From: a virus
Taxonomy: Duplodnaviria > Caudoviricetes
Direction: 5' to 3' (one strand)
Virus record (IMG/VR): IMGVR_UViG_3300028797_000139
Span: 27,055 to 91,054 of that record
DNA: 64,000 nt
A program made the translations under genes and the position numbers. Below, one piece after another: positions 36,318-46,442 of the stretch. Under the pieces are notes generated by a model. That model was not told the DNA's origin. It saw only the letters and a list, made by a program, of their open reading frames with translations, and searched no databases. Every line of letters begins with the position of its first letter. The first letter of the stretch is position 1.

Positions 36318-36741
36318 AATTAAACAACTGAAGCAAACAGCGATTATTCCTTCTAAAGCCCATCCCAATGATGCTGGATTTGATTTGTATGCCGCAAATG
36401 ATATTGACATTTGGATTGCCCCCAATAGCACCGTGCTTATTCCTACTGGATGGGCCATGGAAATTCCCCAAGGATATTTTGGAGGCATCTATGCAAGGTC
36501 TGGCTTGGCTACTAAACAAGGACTTAGACCTTGTAATTGCGTGGGTGTCATTGATAGTGATTATCGTGGAGAAATTATGGTAGCAATTCATAATGATTCT
36601 TTGGAAACACAAGTAATTTCCATTGGGGCTAAAATTGCTCAACTAATTCTGCATAAAATTGATGAATTTGTTATGATTCCTTCTAATGAATTAAATAATA
36701 CAGAACGTGGGACAGGTGGTTTTGGTAGTTCTGGAAATTAA
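36304..36741 (+). CDS. dut: trimeric dUTPase
   Basis: AGFDL, RSG, GVIDSDYRGE, RGTGGFGSSG. Confidence 0.95.
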   Translation: MKTIKIKQLKQTAIIPSKAHPNDAGFDLYAANDIDIWIAPNSTVLIPTGWAMEIPQGYFGGIYARSGLATKQGLRPCNCVGVIDSDYRGEIMVAIHNDSLETQVISIGAKIAQLILHKIDEFVMIPSNELNNTERGTGGFGSSGN

Positions 36742-36751
36742 TTCAAAAATG

Positions 36752-36789
36752 AAAAAAAGAGAGATAGTTAATTCTATCTCTCTTTTTTT
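36752..36789. terminator. bidirectional terminator between the convergent arms
   Basis: AAAAAAAGAGAGATAG-TTAATT-CTATCTCTCTTTTTTT. Confidence 0.85.
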
Positions 36790-36795
36790 ATTTTG

Positions 36796-37179
36796 TTATA
36801 GATAACAGTTTTGCAAAACTATTATTTCATCCCAACCTTCATCATATGTTGGAGGCTGAAAAACCTTATAATGTGCGTCTACAAAAATTTTGGGTCTGCA
36901 ATTTTTTGCTCTTTCAACGCAAATTTCGTAAGGGGTATTAATCCAAACACATATTTTTTTAATATTAACATCAATGTTTTGTAAAAGTTCTATGCGTTGT
37001 TTTCGCAAACTATATACACCTTCCAAAATAATATTATTATTATTTTTTGTAATATCTATAGCTTGATTAAATTTTTGTATACTATGACCTTGTAGATTAT
37101 CGAAATGTACCACATTATTATAAATATTAGAATAAGTAGTTTTACCGGAATTCGGCAATCCAATAATTAAAATAAACAT
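36796..37179 (-). CDS. small P-loop kinase (AAA_33/polynucleotide-kinase-like)
   Basis: GLPNSGKTT, ICVER, PPTYDEGWD. Confidence 0.75.
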   Translation of the reverse strand: MFILIIGLPNSGKTTYSNIYNNVVHFDNLQGHSIQKFNQAIDITKNNNNIILEGVYSLRKQRIELLQNIDVNIKKICVWINTPYEICVERAKNCRPKIFVDAHYKVFQPPTYDEGWDEIIVLQNCYL

Positions 37180-37189
37180 TATTTATTAA

Positions 37190-37855
37190 TTATTCTATAT
37201 TATAAAGATTTACAGTAAAACTATCATCAACTTCCCATATAATCTCAAAAGTAAATGTCCTCTGACTGACACTATTACAGTCACCACTCATTTGCCAAAG
37301 GGCTCCATTATAATCTAATACATAATAATTCAAATTTGAATTATACATTCCTATATCTGTCGTGCCAACTTCACCATGAAGAAAACAATAAACAGCCACA
37401 CTAACAGGGAGGCCATCCAAAGCCTTCGCCCCATCAACTTCTCGATTACCTTTTAACAAAGTGGCAGGAGCAGTATATATAGATACAGCAGGGTCTATAT
37501 CTAATCTAATAATAACATCATAACCGGGATAAGGGTCTGGAGAATTATTCGTCCATTTTTCTTCTACTGCATCATAGGTTAAAATTTGATTGGCTTCTGG
37601 ATTAGAAATATCAACATCAGTTAATTCTGCTAAAGCAGAAGCACCACCACTTCCCCCTCCTTGCGATTTCACAACCCAATCTCCATCTGTTTCTAAAACA
37701 TATGTGTTTCCATTTTCACTGCAATATGCTTTACAACCAGCAGGAAGGGCGGGAATAATGGGCAATGTAGCAATATCGTTTTCAGTATCTACAATAAATT
37801 CTCTATAAGTGGGAATTTTACCGGGGCCACCTTTTTTAATAATAGACCACGCCAT
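37190..37855 (-). CDS. putative virion adhesin, paralogue A
   Basis: shares N-terminal ~100 aa with the next gene. Confidence 0.6.
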   Translation of the reverse strand: MAWSIIKKGGPGKIPTYREFIVDTENDIATLPIIPALPAGCKAYCSENGNTYVLETDGDWVVKSQGGGSGGASALAELTDVDISNPEANQILTYDAVEEKWTNNSPDPYPGYDVIIRLDIDPAVSIYTAPATLLKGNREVDGAKALDGLPVSVAVYCFLHGEVGTTDIGMYNSNLNYYVLDYNGALWQMSGDCNSVSQRTFTFEIIWEVDDSFTVNLYNIE

Positions 37856-37892
37856 TTAATCACTTCTTTTCTTTAATATTACGGTTTCATAA

Positions 37893-38540
37893 TTATTCTA
37901 AATTAAAAGTTATGCCCTGTGCGTTCCAAACTATTGATGAGCCCGCAGGAGCAAGTAAGTCCATATAAAACGAAGGGGTTTCATCTCCATCTTCTAACCA
38001 AAATTCTATACTCCCACCATAAATGGCATTGGCTTCAGCGCCATTTTTAGTGGCGGCAAGTCCTTGAATATTAACAATTTTAATAAAATTTTCCGTTTCT
38101 ATATCTACGGCTTCACACAAAGCATTATAACTTCCTTTTATTACATCCACAGAAAAAGTCGGAGCATCCGGGTCTGTAAAATCTCCTTCTATCATTAAGT
38201 ATATGTCTACTACATCATCGTTGTCTGTCGAAGGAGGTTTATTAACCCACTTTTCTGTAGTAGAATCATAAATAATAGCATCCCCATCAGACGGCTCACT
38301 AATATCGACATCATCTAAATTTTCTAACCCAATATCAGAAGTAGAACCATCCTTTAACGCCCAATCACCATCTATTTCTAAAATATAAATAGAACTGTTT
38401 TCACTACAATAGGCTATACTTCCAGCAGGAACTTCAGGAATAGAAGGTAAAGTAGCCAAATCTGCGATTAAATCAACAATGAATTTGCGATAAGTGGGGA
38501 TTTTTCCCGGCCCACCTTTTTCAATAATAGACCAACCCAT
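37893..38540 (-). CDS. putative virion adhesin, paralogue B
   Basis: WSIIxKGGPGKIPTYR shared N-terminus; different C-terminus. Confidence 0.6.
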   Translation of the reverse strand: MGWSIIEKGGPGKIPTYRKFIVDLIADLATLPSIPEVPAGSIAYCSENSSIYILEIDGDWALKDGSTSDIGLENLDDVDISEPSDGDAIIYDSTTEKWVNKPPSTDNDDVVDIYLMIEGDFTDPDAPTFSVDVIKGSYNALCEAVDIETENFIKIVNIQGLAATKNGAEANAIYGGSIEFWLEDGDETPSFYMDLLAPAGSSIVWNAQGITFNLE

Positions 38541-38557
38541 TAACACATCTCCTTATT

Positions 38558-38941
38558 TTATTCATATAAATGCCAGCCAAACACACCCGGTTCCCAAGTG
38601 TTGGCTTTATAATCAGAAATCCATTTATATCCATTCCATGTAACCTTGGCACCAAAAGGCCAACCTTCACCATATCGCATATACCATTCAGGCCATTCTT
38701 CTAATTTAATTTCTGTCCATAAAGATACTGCTATCTCTGGATTCCAATCGACCTGTGATTTGTGCGCTTGTTTACAAATATATAATTTATCACCATATCG
38801 TCTTTTATCATCAACCTTACAATTTTGCCCAACTTTCCAAGGTTCAAACAACCATACTGCTTTTAACGCTTCTTCTTCCGTTAATTTACCTATAATATTA
38901 TCTAATAGTTTTCTAAAACGAATAGCTTCTAATCTCGTCAT
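38558..38941 (-). CDS. carbohydrate-binding (CBM5/12-like) tail-associated protein
   Basis: W..G..Y.C.QAH.SQ..W.P and WEPGVFGW motifs. Confidence 0.7.
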   Translation of the reverse strand: MTRLEAIRFRKLLDNIIGKLTEEEALKAVWLFEPWKVGQNCKVDDKRRYGDKLYICKQAHKSQVDWNPEIAVSLWTEIKLEEWPEWYMRYGEGWPFGAKVTWNGYKWISDYKANTWEPGVFGWHLYE

Positions 38942-39150
38942 GTCAATTCACCCAAAATAATATTAAGTGCTTCGCTATCATCTATATTTTCGTCACCAAT
39001 AGGAATATCAGTTTCCTCATATGTAAAAGCGCACGGCACCACATCTACCGCATCTTCATATAATCTATTTGTTTCAATCTGCCTAATTTTCATTCCCTCA
39101 TCAGAATAATGCCTAATATGGTCATCTATCATTTCTGTTTGTATAGACAT
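38938..39150 (-). CDS. small tail-associated protein
   Basis: HYSDEGMKIRQ...YEETD. Confidence 0.65.
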   Translation of the reverse strand: MSIQTEMIDDHIRHYSDEGMKIRQIETNRLYEDAVDVVPCAFTYEETDIPIGDENIDDSEALNIILGELT

Positions 39151-39152
39151 AA

Positions 39153-40856
39153 TTATTCCTCCATTAATACATAGCTTTTATAAGCTACAATTTCATCAGA
39201 GGATGTTTCTACATCTCCCACTTCTCCGGTAGCTGATACAATCATCCCCCGTGCAAGGGTTTCATTATATACACCGGAGCCGCTGGACTCCCACTCGTCC
39301 GTGTTGTAATTGCTGTTGCACCATTGCCCCCATGTCATACCAACTTCAAATCCATATTCATAATTATCAATTTTAAATGTAGGAACTTCTTCGACATAAG
39401 TATATGTAGAAGAAGATGGATAATTTGTTGCACCAGTATAAGTGGCAAGAACAGTTTGATTTAATGATTTGGGAACATAAATTATGCAATCTTGTACTAA
39501 ATTTGTAAATGTATTACTATTGCTAACTGTTGGGGGTGTTGTACATTGAAAATGTAAAGCAAGCAAATCCATACATCCACTGAACGCTTGACTACCAATA
39601 CTAACAACCTTACTTGGAATTGTCATTGTTTGTAAACTATTGCATCCAAGAAAAGCCGAATTATCTATATTAGTAACATCAGTTGGTATTACAAATGCGT
39701 TCAAACGAATACAATTAGAAAACATACTATTACTAATGTTTGTAATTTTATCTGGGTTTGTCACACTACGAAGCTGATAACAATAAGCAAAAGCATATTG
39801 ACTAATAGTTGTTACTGAACTTGGAATTATTACATACTCACAAGCATAACAATATGAACAAGCATATGTTCCAATACTTGTTACATCACTTGGAATTGTT
39901 AGACATTTAAGCTGATAACAATACTCAAACGAATATGAACCAATGGTTGTAACGGTAATTGGAATTGATATAAAAACAAGCCCCATACAATAATAAAAGG
40001 CATTATTAGCTATACTGGTAAAACCACTTGGAATGGTTATCGAATAAAGACAGGAAGCATTAAAAAACGCATTATTACCTGTGCTTGTCACAGAATTTGG
40101 TATTGTCACATATTTAAGATTTCGACAATAAGAAAATGCGTACTGCCCAATAGTCATTGATTTGCCAATTCGCACCGCTGTCACGGCATTGGCGTAAGAG
40201 CGATTATCTACATTGGTTGTCAAATTTGCGTTTATAAGCGTATATGTTGTTGTCCCATACAATGAAGCCTGCCCACTCTGTACTTTGATTTTGATTGTAT
40301 ACTCGCCCTCTGTGGCATAAGTATGCAATGTCCTTTGTTGTATTGTCAGAGATGTTCCTGTAACAGTATCATGAGAAGACCCATCTCCCCAATCTACTTC
40401 CGCTGTGCCATTTACGGCAAAACCAAGATATATTGCAAGTCGTGCAGAAACCAATTTAATATCAATTTCTGTTTCATTGGAAGATGTAACATACATCTGA
40501 CCAATCCAAAGTTTACCATAAGTTTCTACATAACTCTGTGCATCGCTCAAGCTCCAATTCCAGCCCTGCGCCGTGAGACCCGTATGTGATGGATTGGCTG
40601 GCATAGCAGACAGAGAAGCAAATTCAGTGGCACTATATGAATGAAGAATTGTACCATCATAATCAATAAAATTAACATCGTTCTCTCCAATCCCCCCACC
40701 ACCAGAAGCAGTACCAGTACCCTCGGTGCCATTTGCCAAAATAAATTTCTTACCAGAAGCCACATCACTAACAGTAGCAGTTGTGCCAGTAACATCCATC
40801 CACACTTCAGGAGTAGCAGAAGCAGACGCTTGATAAATTATTTTACTAATTGCCAT
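39153..40856 (-). CDS. BspA-type leucine-rich-repeat (LRR_5) putative receptor-binding protein
   Basis: repeats of IPxxVTxIGxxAFxxCxxL; PKD-like VDWGDG. Confidence 0.85.
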   Translation of the reverse strand: MAISKIIYQASASATPEVWMDVTGTTATVSDVASGKKFILANGTEGTGTASGGGGIGENDVNFIDYDGTILHSYSATEFASLSAMPANPSHTGLTAQGWNWSLSDAQSYVETYGKLWIGQMYVTSSNETEIDIKLVSARLAIYLGFAVNGTAEVDWGDGSSHDTVTGTSLTIQQRTLHTYATEGEYTIKIKVQSGQASLYGTTTYTLINANLTTNVDNRSYANAVTAVRIGKSMTIGQYAFSYCRNLKYVTIPNSVTSTGNNAFFNASCLYSITIPSGFTSIANNAFYYCMGLVFISIPITVTTIGSYSFEYCYQLKCLTIPSDVTSIGTYACSYCYACEYVIIPSSVTTISQYAFAYCYQLRSVTNPDKITNISNSMFSNCIRLNAFVIPTDVTNIDNSAFLGCNSLQTMTIPSKVVSIGSQAFSGCMDLLALHFQCTTPPTVSNSNTFTNLVQDCIIYVPKSLNQTVLATYTGATNYPSSSTYTYVEEVPTFKIDNYEYGFEVGMTWGQWCNSNYNTDEWESSGSGVYNETLARGMIVSATGEVGDVETSSDEIVAYKSYVLMEE

Positions 40857-40867
40857 TCATCCACCCC

Positions 40868-42205
40868 CTATCCTTTCTGATAATTAGTGTTGCTGTCAAA
40901 GACTGTAGTTAAATCATTTTGTAAAACCCAAGCACCAGACAGTTTCTTGTACGCTTTAATAGCGGCAATCCAACTACCATTATTATTAAAATAAATTGCT
41001 TGCGATACACCAGCAGAAACCACAATAGTATGATTGGCAGTAACATTTGTAATAGTATAAGTATAAACTTCGCCAGAAATAGTATAAGTGACTATAAAAG
41101 AAACGCCATAAACATACATAATTCTTTGCGTACTTGAAGCACCATTATACATAGTTAAATAAAATCTTGCGTTTTCTAACTCACTTACTGTCCAGTTTCC
41201 CGGCGTTAAATTAAAAGTGGTTTTAGCCACATCAGTAGCACTTGAAACTATAGTTGTTGCAGTACCTTTTGCAGTAGTTCCACTATATAATTGACAAGAA
41301 GAAGTTACACTTGAACTTGAACCATTCCTACTAAATTGCAAAGTAGCTTGACAACTTACACTTACAATAGTTGCGCTACTTGGAAGATTTATACTTGTTA
41401 AATCTAAATATAAATTCCCAGTAGTTCTTCCAGCCAAATTTAATGTAGCAGAAGTATTGCTTGTAGCATCAGCATAAGCGTTGGCAATATTTGATACAGT
41501 AAAACCACTATTAGTATAATCATAAGGTATTGACGTGGTTGTGCCGCCAGTAACCTGTACTAATTGTGTAGTCACATCAACATTGTTATCAGTAACAGTA
41601 GGACTTGAAGCTTCTATGATTAAAGTAAAATCATTTCCTTCTAATACTTGTGTTGTGCCAGAAGGAGAAATAGTGCCTGTATCAGTTGAGGCTGTGATAT
41701 CATAATATACGGGCATAGAATAAGTGACATTAATTTCTGCACCATAAATATATAAATATGACGCAGTATTTCGCGCATTTCTTCTTGCGTCTAATCTTAT
41801 GGCGCAATTCGCGCCCATAGTGATAATGTCTGACCAAGATAAATTACCTGTGGGAACAGTAATGGTATTGGTTGATGTACTAAAATTGCTGGAAGCCGCA
41901 CTTACGCCAGAAATAGTCGAAGTATTATTTACAAGTATAGGTGCATAAGTAGCACTGACATTGGCCCCAGTTTCATATCCCCTAACTTTAATTGTAAAGC
42001 TACTGACAATTGCTCCATCCGGGATAGTATTAAAATTAAATCCTTTCAAATAAACATAGCGTGACGAAGTTGATGCACTTGTAGTCTGAAAAGTAGCATA
42101 GTCCGTAGAATCCACATTGGCATAACAATTAGAAGCATTAGATACATTAAAATAGCCTGTATTTGAGAGTGAATAGGTACTTGGTATTAATCTTGCAGTA
42201 GCCAT
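40868..42205 (-). CDS. S/T-rich virion protein with internally duplicated domain
   Basis: two repeats NVSNASNCYA...IYGAEINVTY and TVSNIANAYA...VYGVSFIVTY. Confidence 0.65.
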   Translation of the reverse strand: MATARLIPSTYSLSNTGYFNVSNASNCYANVDSTDYATFQTTSASTSSRYVYLKGFNFNTIPDGAIVSSFTIKVRGYETGANVSATYAPILVNNTSTISGVSAASSNFSTSTNTITVPTGNLSWSDIITMGANCAIRLDARRNARNTASYLYIYGAEINVTYSMPVYYDITASTDTGTISPSGTTQVLEGNDFTLIIEASSPTVTDNNVDVTTQLVQVTGGTTTSIPYDYTNSGFTVSNIANAYADATSNTSATLNLAGRTTGNLYLDLTSINLPSSATIVSVSCQATLQFSRNGSSSSVTSSCQLYSGTTAKGTATTIVSSATDVAKTTFNLTPGNWTVSELENARFYLTMYNGASSTQRIMYVYGVSFIVTYTISGEVYTYTITNVTANHTIVVSAGVSQAIYFNNNGSWIAAIKAYKKLSGAWVLQNDLTTVFDSNTNYQKG

Positions 42206-42214
42206 CTATCCACC

Positions 42215-42979
42215 TCAACTTGTCTGTAAATAAATGTCGCCGTTAGAACCCAAAGACGAAGAAGGAGTCCCACTGCCCGTATAATAAGTCACAAAAGGCA
42301 CGGCAACACTAACTGTGGCATATCCAACTACATCTATATTATTTCCATTACTTGTTATTGATTTATTACCACTATCTAATTCGCTTGCCGTTACATTAAC
42401 AGCGGTGCCAGTTTTGGTACTTCCAGTAATATACCCCGTAGAATTAGTTACAGAAGGAGTGACTGAAATAGAATGATTAGAGACAGCTCCTTTTGTAGCT
42501 GTGGGAGTTCCTGCTGTACCAGTATTTACCCATACTTGCGCTGATTCGGGAAAATAACCTTCAGGAATCACAAAATTATTACCTTGGTTGATAATGTCTG
42601 TATCATCCAATACTGCAATACTGCTCCCGACATAAGTCGATGAAATCGCCTCGACAGTAATATCCACTTCCTCCAGACCATCGTAATTATTATCATAAGC
42701 GATGGTTTCTGTTTGTTCTGTCTCTGTAGGTGTATAAGATTTTGTTTTGGTTTGTAAAATTGGTGTAGTTCCTGAAACAGATACATTGGCAATGGCATAG
42801 GCCGCAACGTCTATATTATTTCCATTGTTTGTGATATTAATCGAACCACTTGGGACAACAATATTTTCTACTGCGTCAGTCATTTCAGCGATGGTCATAG
42901 GTGTTTCTTCAGAAGTTTTTAGACTAATAGCATCAGCAAGACCATCGAGTAAAGAAGTAGTAATTAATACTTGTGCCAT
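42215..42979 (-). CDS. tail fibre-like protein
   Basis: ITNNGNNIDV repeat; GSNGDIYLQ end. Confidence 0.6.
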   Translation of the reverse strand: MAQVLITTSLLDGLADAISLKTSEETPMTIAEMTDAVENIVVPSGSINITNNGNNIDVAAYAIANVSVSGTTPILQTKTKSYTPTETEQTETIAYDNNYDGLEEVDITVEAISSTYVGSSIAVLDDTDIINQGNNFVIPEGYFPESAQVWVNTGTAGTPTATKGAVSNHSISVTPSVTNSTGYITGSTKTGTAVNVTASELDSGNKSITSNGNNIDVVGYATVSVAVPFVTYYTGSGTPSSSLGSNGDIYLQTS

Positions 42980-42992
42980 TCAACCACTCCTT

Positions 42993-43160
42993 TCATATTT
43001 CTTCTTCTGAGCCATAAGATAAATTATCTCCATTAGAAATTAATTCAGCGGCAATAATTTCCCTTATTGTACCACCATTGGGGTCAGTTGTATCTATTAT
43101 AACTACACTTCCTCCCCCACCATTACTGCCAATTATCAAAGGATTACCAATAACACTCAT
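42993..43160 (-). CDS. 55-aa hypothetical protein (not in ORF track)
   Basis: MSVIGNPLIIGSNGGGG...; fills the gap, start overlaps upstream stop. Confidence 0.5.
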   Translation of the reverse strand: MSVIGNPLIIGSNGGGGSVVIIDTTDPNGGTIREIIAAELISNGDNLSYGSEEEI

Positions 43161-43504
43161 GCTGTTGTCACCTCTGTAATTGATACTTGTAAAGTTAAGG
43201 CCATAGTGGGGGCAGAACCTATTGCATATAAAGTTAATACACTATTATTATTTTCTATATATAAACAATTTACGCCATCTGCGATTAATTGATTAATAGA
43301 ATTGGCATTTGGTTGTATATCAATTTTACTATTATTGGTTACAGTATAACCACTTAATGTAACTACTTGCGTATAAGGGCCAGAACCACTCCAAGTTGTG
43401 GTAGTAGTAATACTATCAATATATACTTTTAATTCAAAATTATTGTCTACATATTCTTTTGTAATTAAATCTTTAGGACTTGAAATAGAACCCAAATATT
43501 TCAT
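43157..43504 (-). CDS. tail-associated protein
   Basis: WSGSGPYTQ; tail operon. Confidence 0.6.
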   Translation of the reverse strand: MKYLGSISSPKDLITKEYVDNNFELKVYIDSITTTTTWSGSGPYTQVVTLSGYTVTNNSKIDIQPNANSINQLIADGVNCLYIENNNSVLTLYAIGSAPTMALTLQVSITEVTTA

Positions 43505-43565
43505 TGAGAAGCACCCCTTTCAGAGCAGAGTCATTAGCTCCACTTCTCATTTAGAAATTATTTTA

Positions 43566-44912
43566 TTAAATATAAATAACTGTACAAGTCACAGCAGAAG
43601 AGGGACTTTGAGCGCAAGTAAATACTACATTGGCACTATTAATAGTAATATCTAAACCAATAATAGCACTTGACATAGTAGCATAAGCACTAAGAACAGT
43701 AGCCCCACTTGCAGTATTAACAGTTGTGGTGGTAGCGGAAGTTCCTATGGTTCCAGTGGCTGTTTTAATTAAACCAGTAACAGCAGTATTAACAGCGGCT
43801 GTAGTGGGAATTGTTGTGCTATCATTAGTAATACTGGAAGCCACACCATAACCATCTTGAATAACTTTACCACTTGTGCCATTAAATGTAGGAATATGCC
43901 CACTTGTAGAACTTGCTGGGCCTGTAACAGCACCATCAATATTAGTTTGCACAACTGTCCAATCATCATTAGAAGCGGCTGTGCCATCTTTAACACAAAC
44001 AATCAAATCGCCTATTTCAGCAGTTTGACCAGCATAAGTACCAGCAGTAATAACCTTGTAAGTCCAGCCAGCATTGTGTGTATTGGGAAGAGAACTAATT
44101 GTACCACCCGTACCAATAGTACCTTTGAATATCATAGCATCTGCATAGGCAAGTGTATTATGGACAAAAGCAGTGGTAGCAATCTGTGTATTATTAGTAC
44201 CATTGTCTGCCGTGGGTGCTGTGGGTGTTCCAGTAAAAGCGGGAGAAGCCAAAGGAGCGCGACTTGTATCAGTAGGATGGATATGGTCGCCATGCGCCCA
44301 AGATGTCTCCGTGCCAACTGTAGCTGTTCCATCCATTTTGGGAGAAGTCGAGCTACCAGTAGGAACACTAATATCAACAGCTTTAGAAACAGGTGTTAAT
44401 GCGCTACCATTTACTTTAACAGTGTCAATAACATTAACCTCGGCACCAGAAGCAATAGCATCTAATTTATCTTTCAGCGTAGATGTAAAGTTATTATCTG
44501 TATGCACATAATTAGCATCAACAACAGGCGTGATAGTTGCACTACCTAAAGTAATTACACCATTGTCTATTTTAGCATCACTAATAGCATAACCAGCAAT
44601 AGTTGTGGGTGTACTTGTAACAGCACTCCAAGGTACTGTATCAATAGTTAAATTACCACTTGAATCAACAGACAAGCCTGTAGAAACAATCACGCCGCCC
44701 AAGGCACTATCTGTAGCAGGGGGGAGTACATAAGTCGTTCCTACGGCAGACCATTGAGAGCCATCCCAAGAATACAATACACCATTTGTAGTATTATAAT
44801 AAATTTGCCCTGTTTTAGGATTGGAGGGGGCGGTAGCCAAAGGTTGAATAACTACATTTTGTAATTCATTTTGATTTAAATTAATATTAGTAAGAAAATT
44901 CGTATGCGTCAC
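43566..44912 (-). CDS. tail fibre protein
   Basis: LPPAT..LGGV, HGDHIHPTD, SPAFTGTPTAPT...QIATTAFV fibre repeats. Confidence 0.8.
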   Translation of the reverse strand: MTHTNFLTNINLNQNELQNVVIQPLATAPSNPKTGQIYYNTTNGVLYSWDGSQWSAVGTTYVLPPATDSALGGVIVSTGLSVDSSGNLTIDTVPWSAVTSTPTTIAGYAISDAKIDNGVITLGSATITPVVDANYVHTDNNFTSTLKDKLDAIASGAEVNVIDTVKVNGSALTPVSKAVDISVPTGSSTSPKMDGTATVGTETSWAHGDHIHPTDTSRAPLASPAFTGTPTAPTADNGTNNTQIATTAFVHNTLAYADAMIFKGTIGTGGTISSLPNTHNAGWTYKVITAGTYAGQTAEIGDLIVCVKDGTAASNDDWTVVQTNIDGAVTGPASSTSGHIPTFNGTSGKVIQDGYGVASSITNDSTTIPTTAAVNTAVTGLIKTATGTIGTSATTTTVNTASGATVLSAYATMSSAIIGLDITINSANVVFTCAQSPSSAVTCTVIYI

Positions 44913-44919
44913 ATCCTTT

Positions 44920-45312
44920 TTAATTCAGATAAGCATAGCCACTAAAGGGTGCTGTGAATAATAAAATTAAAGAATTAATATTTTCATAACTAATTTCACC
45001 TATAACAGCACTACCAGCACTGTCTACAACGCTTACAGAAGGAAATTTATTTAAATTGTGCTGTATATTCCATGTAGCACTTGCAGATAATTGTTCGTAT
45101 ATAAATGTTTTATCTTGTCCTTCAGTAACGCCAATATTTGTTCTTGCCTGTGCCTTTTGTTCCTCTGTTAAATTTTGTGGCACATATAAAACAGCGTTAG
45201 GATTTCCTATGGTTTGTGTTTCACCAAAACTGGTATCAAACGAATCATCAATTTCATTAAAGTTAACAATAAAATTTTCTACTGTTTCATGAAAATCAAT
45301 AATTAAATTCAT
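44920..45312 (-). CDS. tail-associated protein
   Basis: QNLTEEQKAQARTNIG; WNIQHNLNKFPSV. Confidence 0.7.
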   Translation of the reverse strand: MNLIIDFHETVENFIVNFNEIDDSFDTSFGETQTIGNPNAVLYVPQNLTEEQKAQARTNIGVTEGQDKTFIYEQLSASATWNIQHNLNKFPSVSVVDSAGSAVIGEISYENINSLILLFTAPFSGYAYLN

Positions 45313-45701
45313 GTTAGCACCTCATCGTTTAATACTTTGCGGCAAGGAACAGTAATAATGTCAGATTGCAAAGATGTTTCGCCAATCATAACATGCAATT
45401 GCATTTCAACAGGAATATCTTCTACAAATAAATTGGTTTCTTCTTGTGTTAAGGTTACAGAAATACTATTTTCATTTATTGTAAAATCTGCCAAATGCTT
45501 TTCTAAAACTATTTTGGTTTCTTTTGCGTTTTCTGTGTATCCACGATATTCATAAATATCATAATCAAAAGATTGTTCATATTCTTCTTCTGTGCATCCA
45601 CAAATATCAAAAGATTGAGCATAAGTTAAAACTAAATTTGTGATAGTTTGAGGGTCAATTTTTAATTGAAATGTGTGTGTAGGAGTTGTAGTTCTACGCA
45701 A
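45309..45701 (-). CDS. BppU-like baseplate/fibre adaptor
   Basis: TTPTHTF...LTQEET. Confidence 0.55.
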   Translation of the reverse strand: MRRTTTPTHTFQLKIDPQTITNLVLTYAQSFDICGCTEEEYEQSFDYDIYEYRGYTENAKETKIVLEKHLADFTINENSISVTLTQEETNLFVEDIPVEMQLHVMIGETSLQSDIITVPCRKVLNDEVLT

Positions 45702-45716
45702 TTACCATTCCTCCTT

Positions 45717-45965
45717 TCATATAAAAAACGCACTATTCATATTTCCTTGTGGAACAAATACTTTTACAATATCACCAACACTATGGCTAAAAGAACCATA
45801 TTGAACAATATTATATTCTTGCCCATTTAATTGCACAGTTGAAGCACCTGTTAATAAGCCATTATAAATTAAGGTGCTTCCTTTGGCGTTTTCATTCATC
45901 ATATATTGAAAAGATTTTAATAAAGAATCGCTTGCTTCTTTGTAAAGATTAAGTTCATTTCCCAT
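45717..45965 (-). CDS. hypothetical protein
   Basis: VGDIVKVFVPQG. Confidence 0.55.
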   Translation of the reverse strand: MGNELNLYKEASDSLLKSFQYMMNENAKGSTLIYNGLLTGASTVQLNGQEYNIVQYGSFSHSVGDIVKVFVPQGNMNSAFFI

Positions 45966-45983
45966 TTTATTTCTTCCTGTCAA

Positions 45984-46442
45984 TTAAAGAAAATCATTTT
46001 TATCCAGTCTTTCGGCATAGACCTCTAAAACTTTTTGTTTAGAATACATAGTTTTATTATTCTTAAAATCAGGATTATTAGCACAAAATTTCTCATAATA
46101 ATCTATGTCTTCCAAAATTTGGTCATAAGCCTCCCGAGAATGAAGTTGCCCTAAACGGATTTCGTCAGCAAAAGTTAAAATACGAATCCTCGCCATTACA
46201 GCGCGATTTTCTTTACCTTCATTCTTAATTTCAACTAAACCTTTTTCCAAATTATCTACACGTTTATCTATTTCATCTATTTTTTGAAATAGCCCATCAT
46301 TGGTTTTGCTTCCTATCCATTTTAAAATACGCGAAATAGGGTTTATTTTAACAGGAATAATTTCAACAAATGTAGATAGAAACACAGCAATTGCCGCTAA
46401 ACCACCAATGATTTGTCCTAATGTAATTGATTCCCAACTCAT
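45984..46442 (-). CDS. membrane-anchored lysis-cassette protein
   Basis: N-terminal TM, IPVKINP, RIRILTFADE; follows the endolysin. Confidence 0.65.
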   Translation of the reverse strand: MSWESITLGQIIGGLAAIAVFLSTFVEIIPVKINPISRILKWIGSKTNDGLFQKIDEIDKRVDNLEKGLVEIKNEGKENRAVMARIRILTFADEIRLGQLHSREAYDQILEDIDYYEKFCANNPDFKNNKTMYSKQKVLEVYAERLDKNDFL

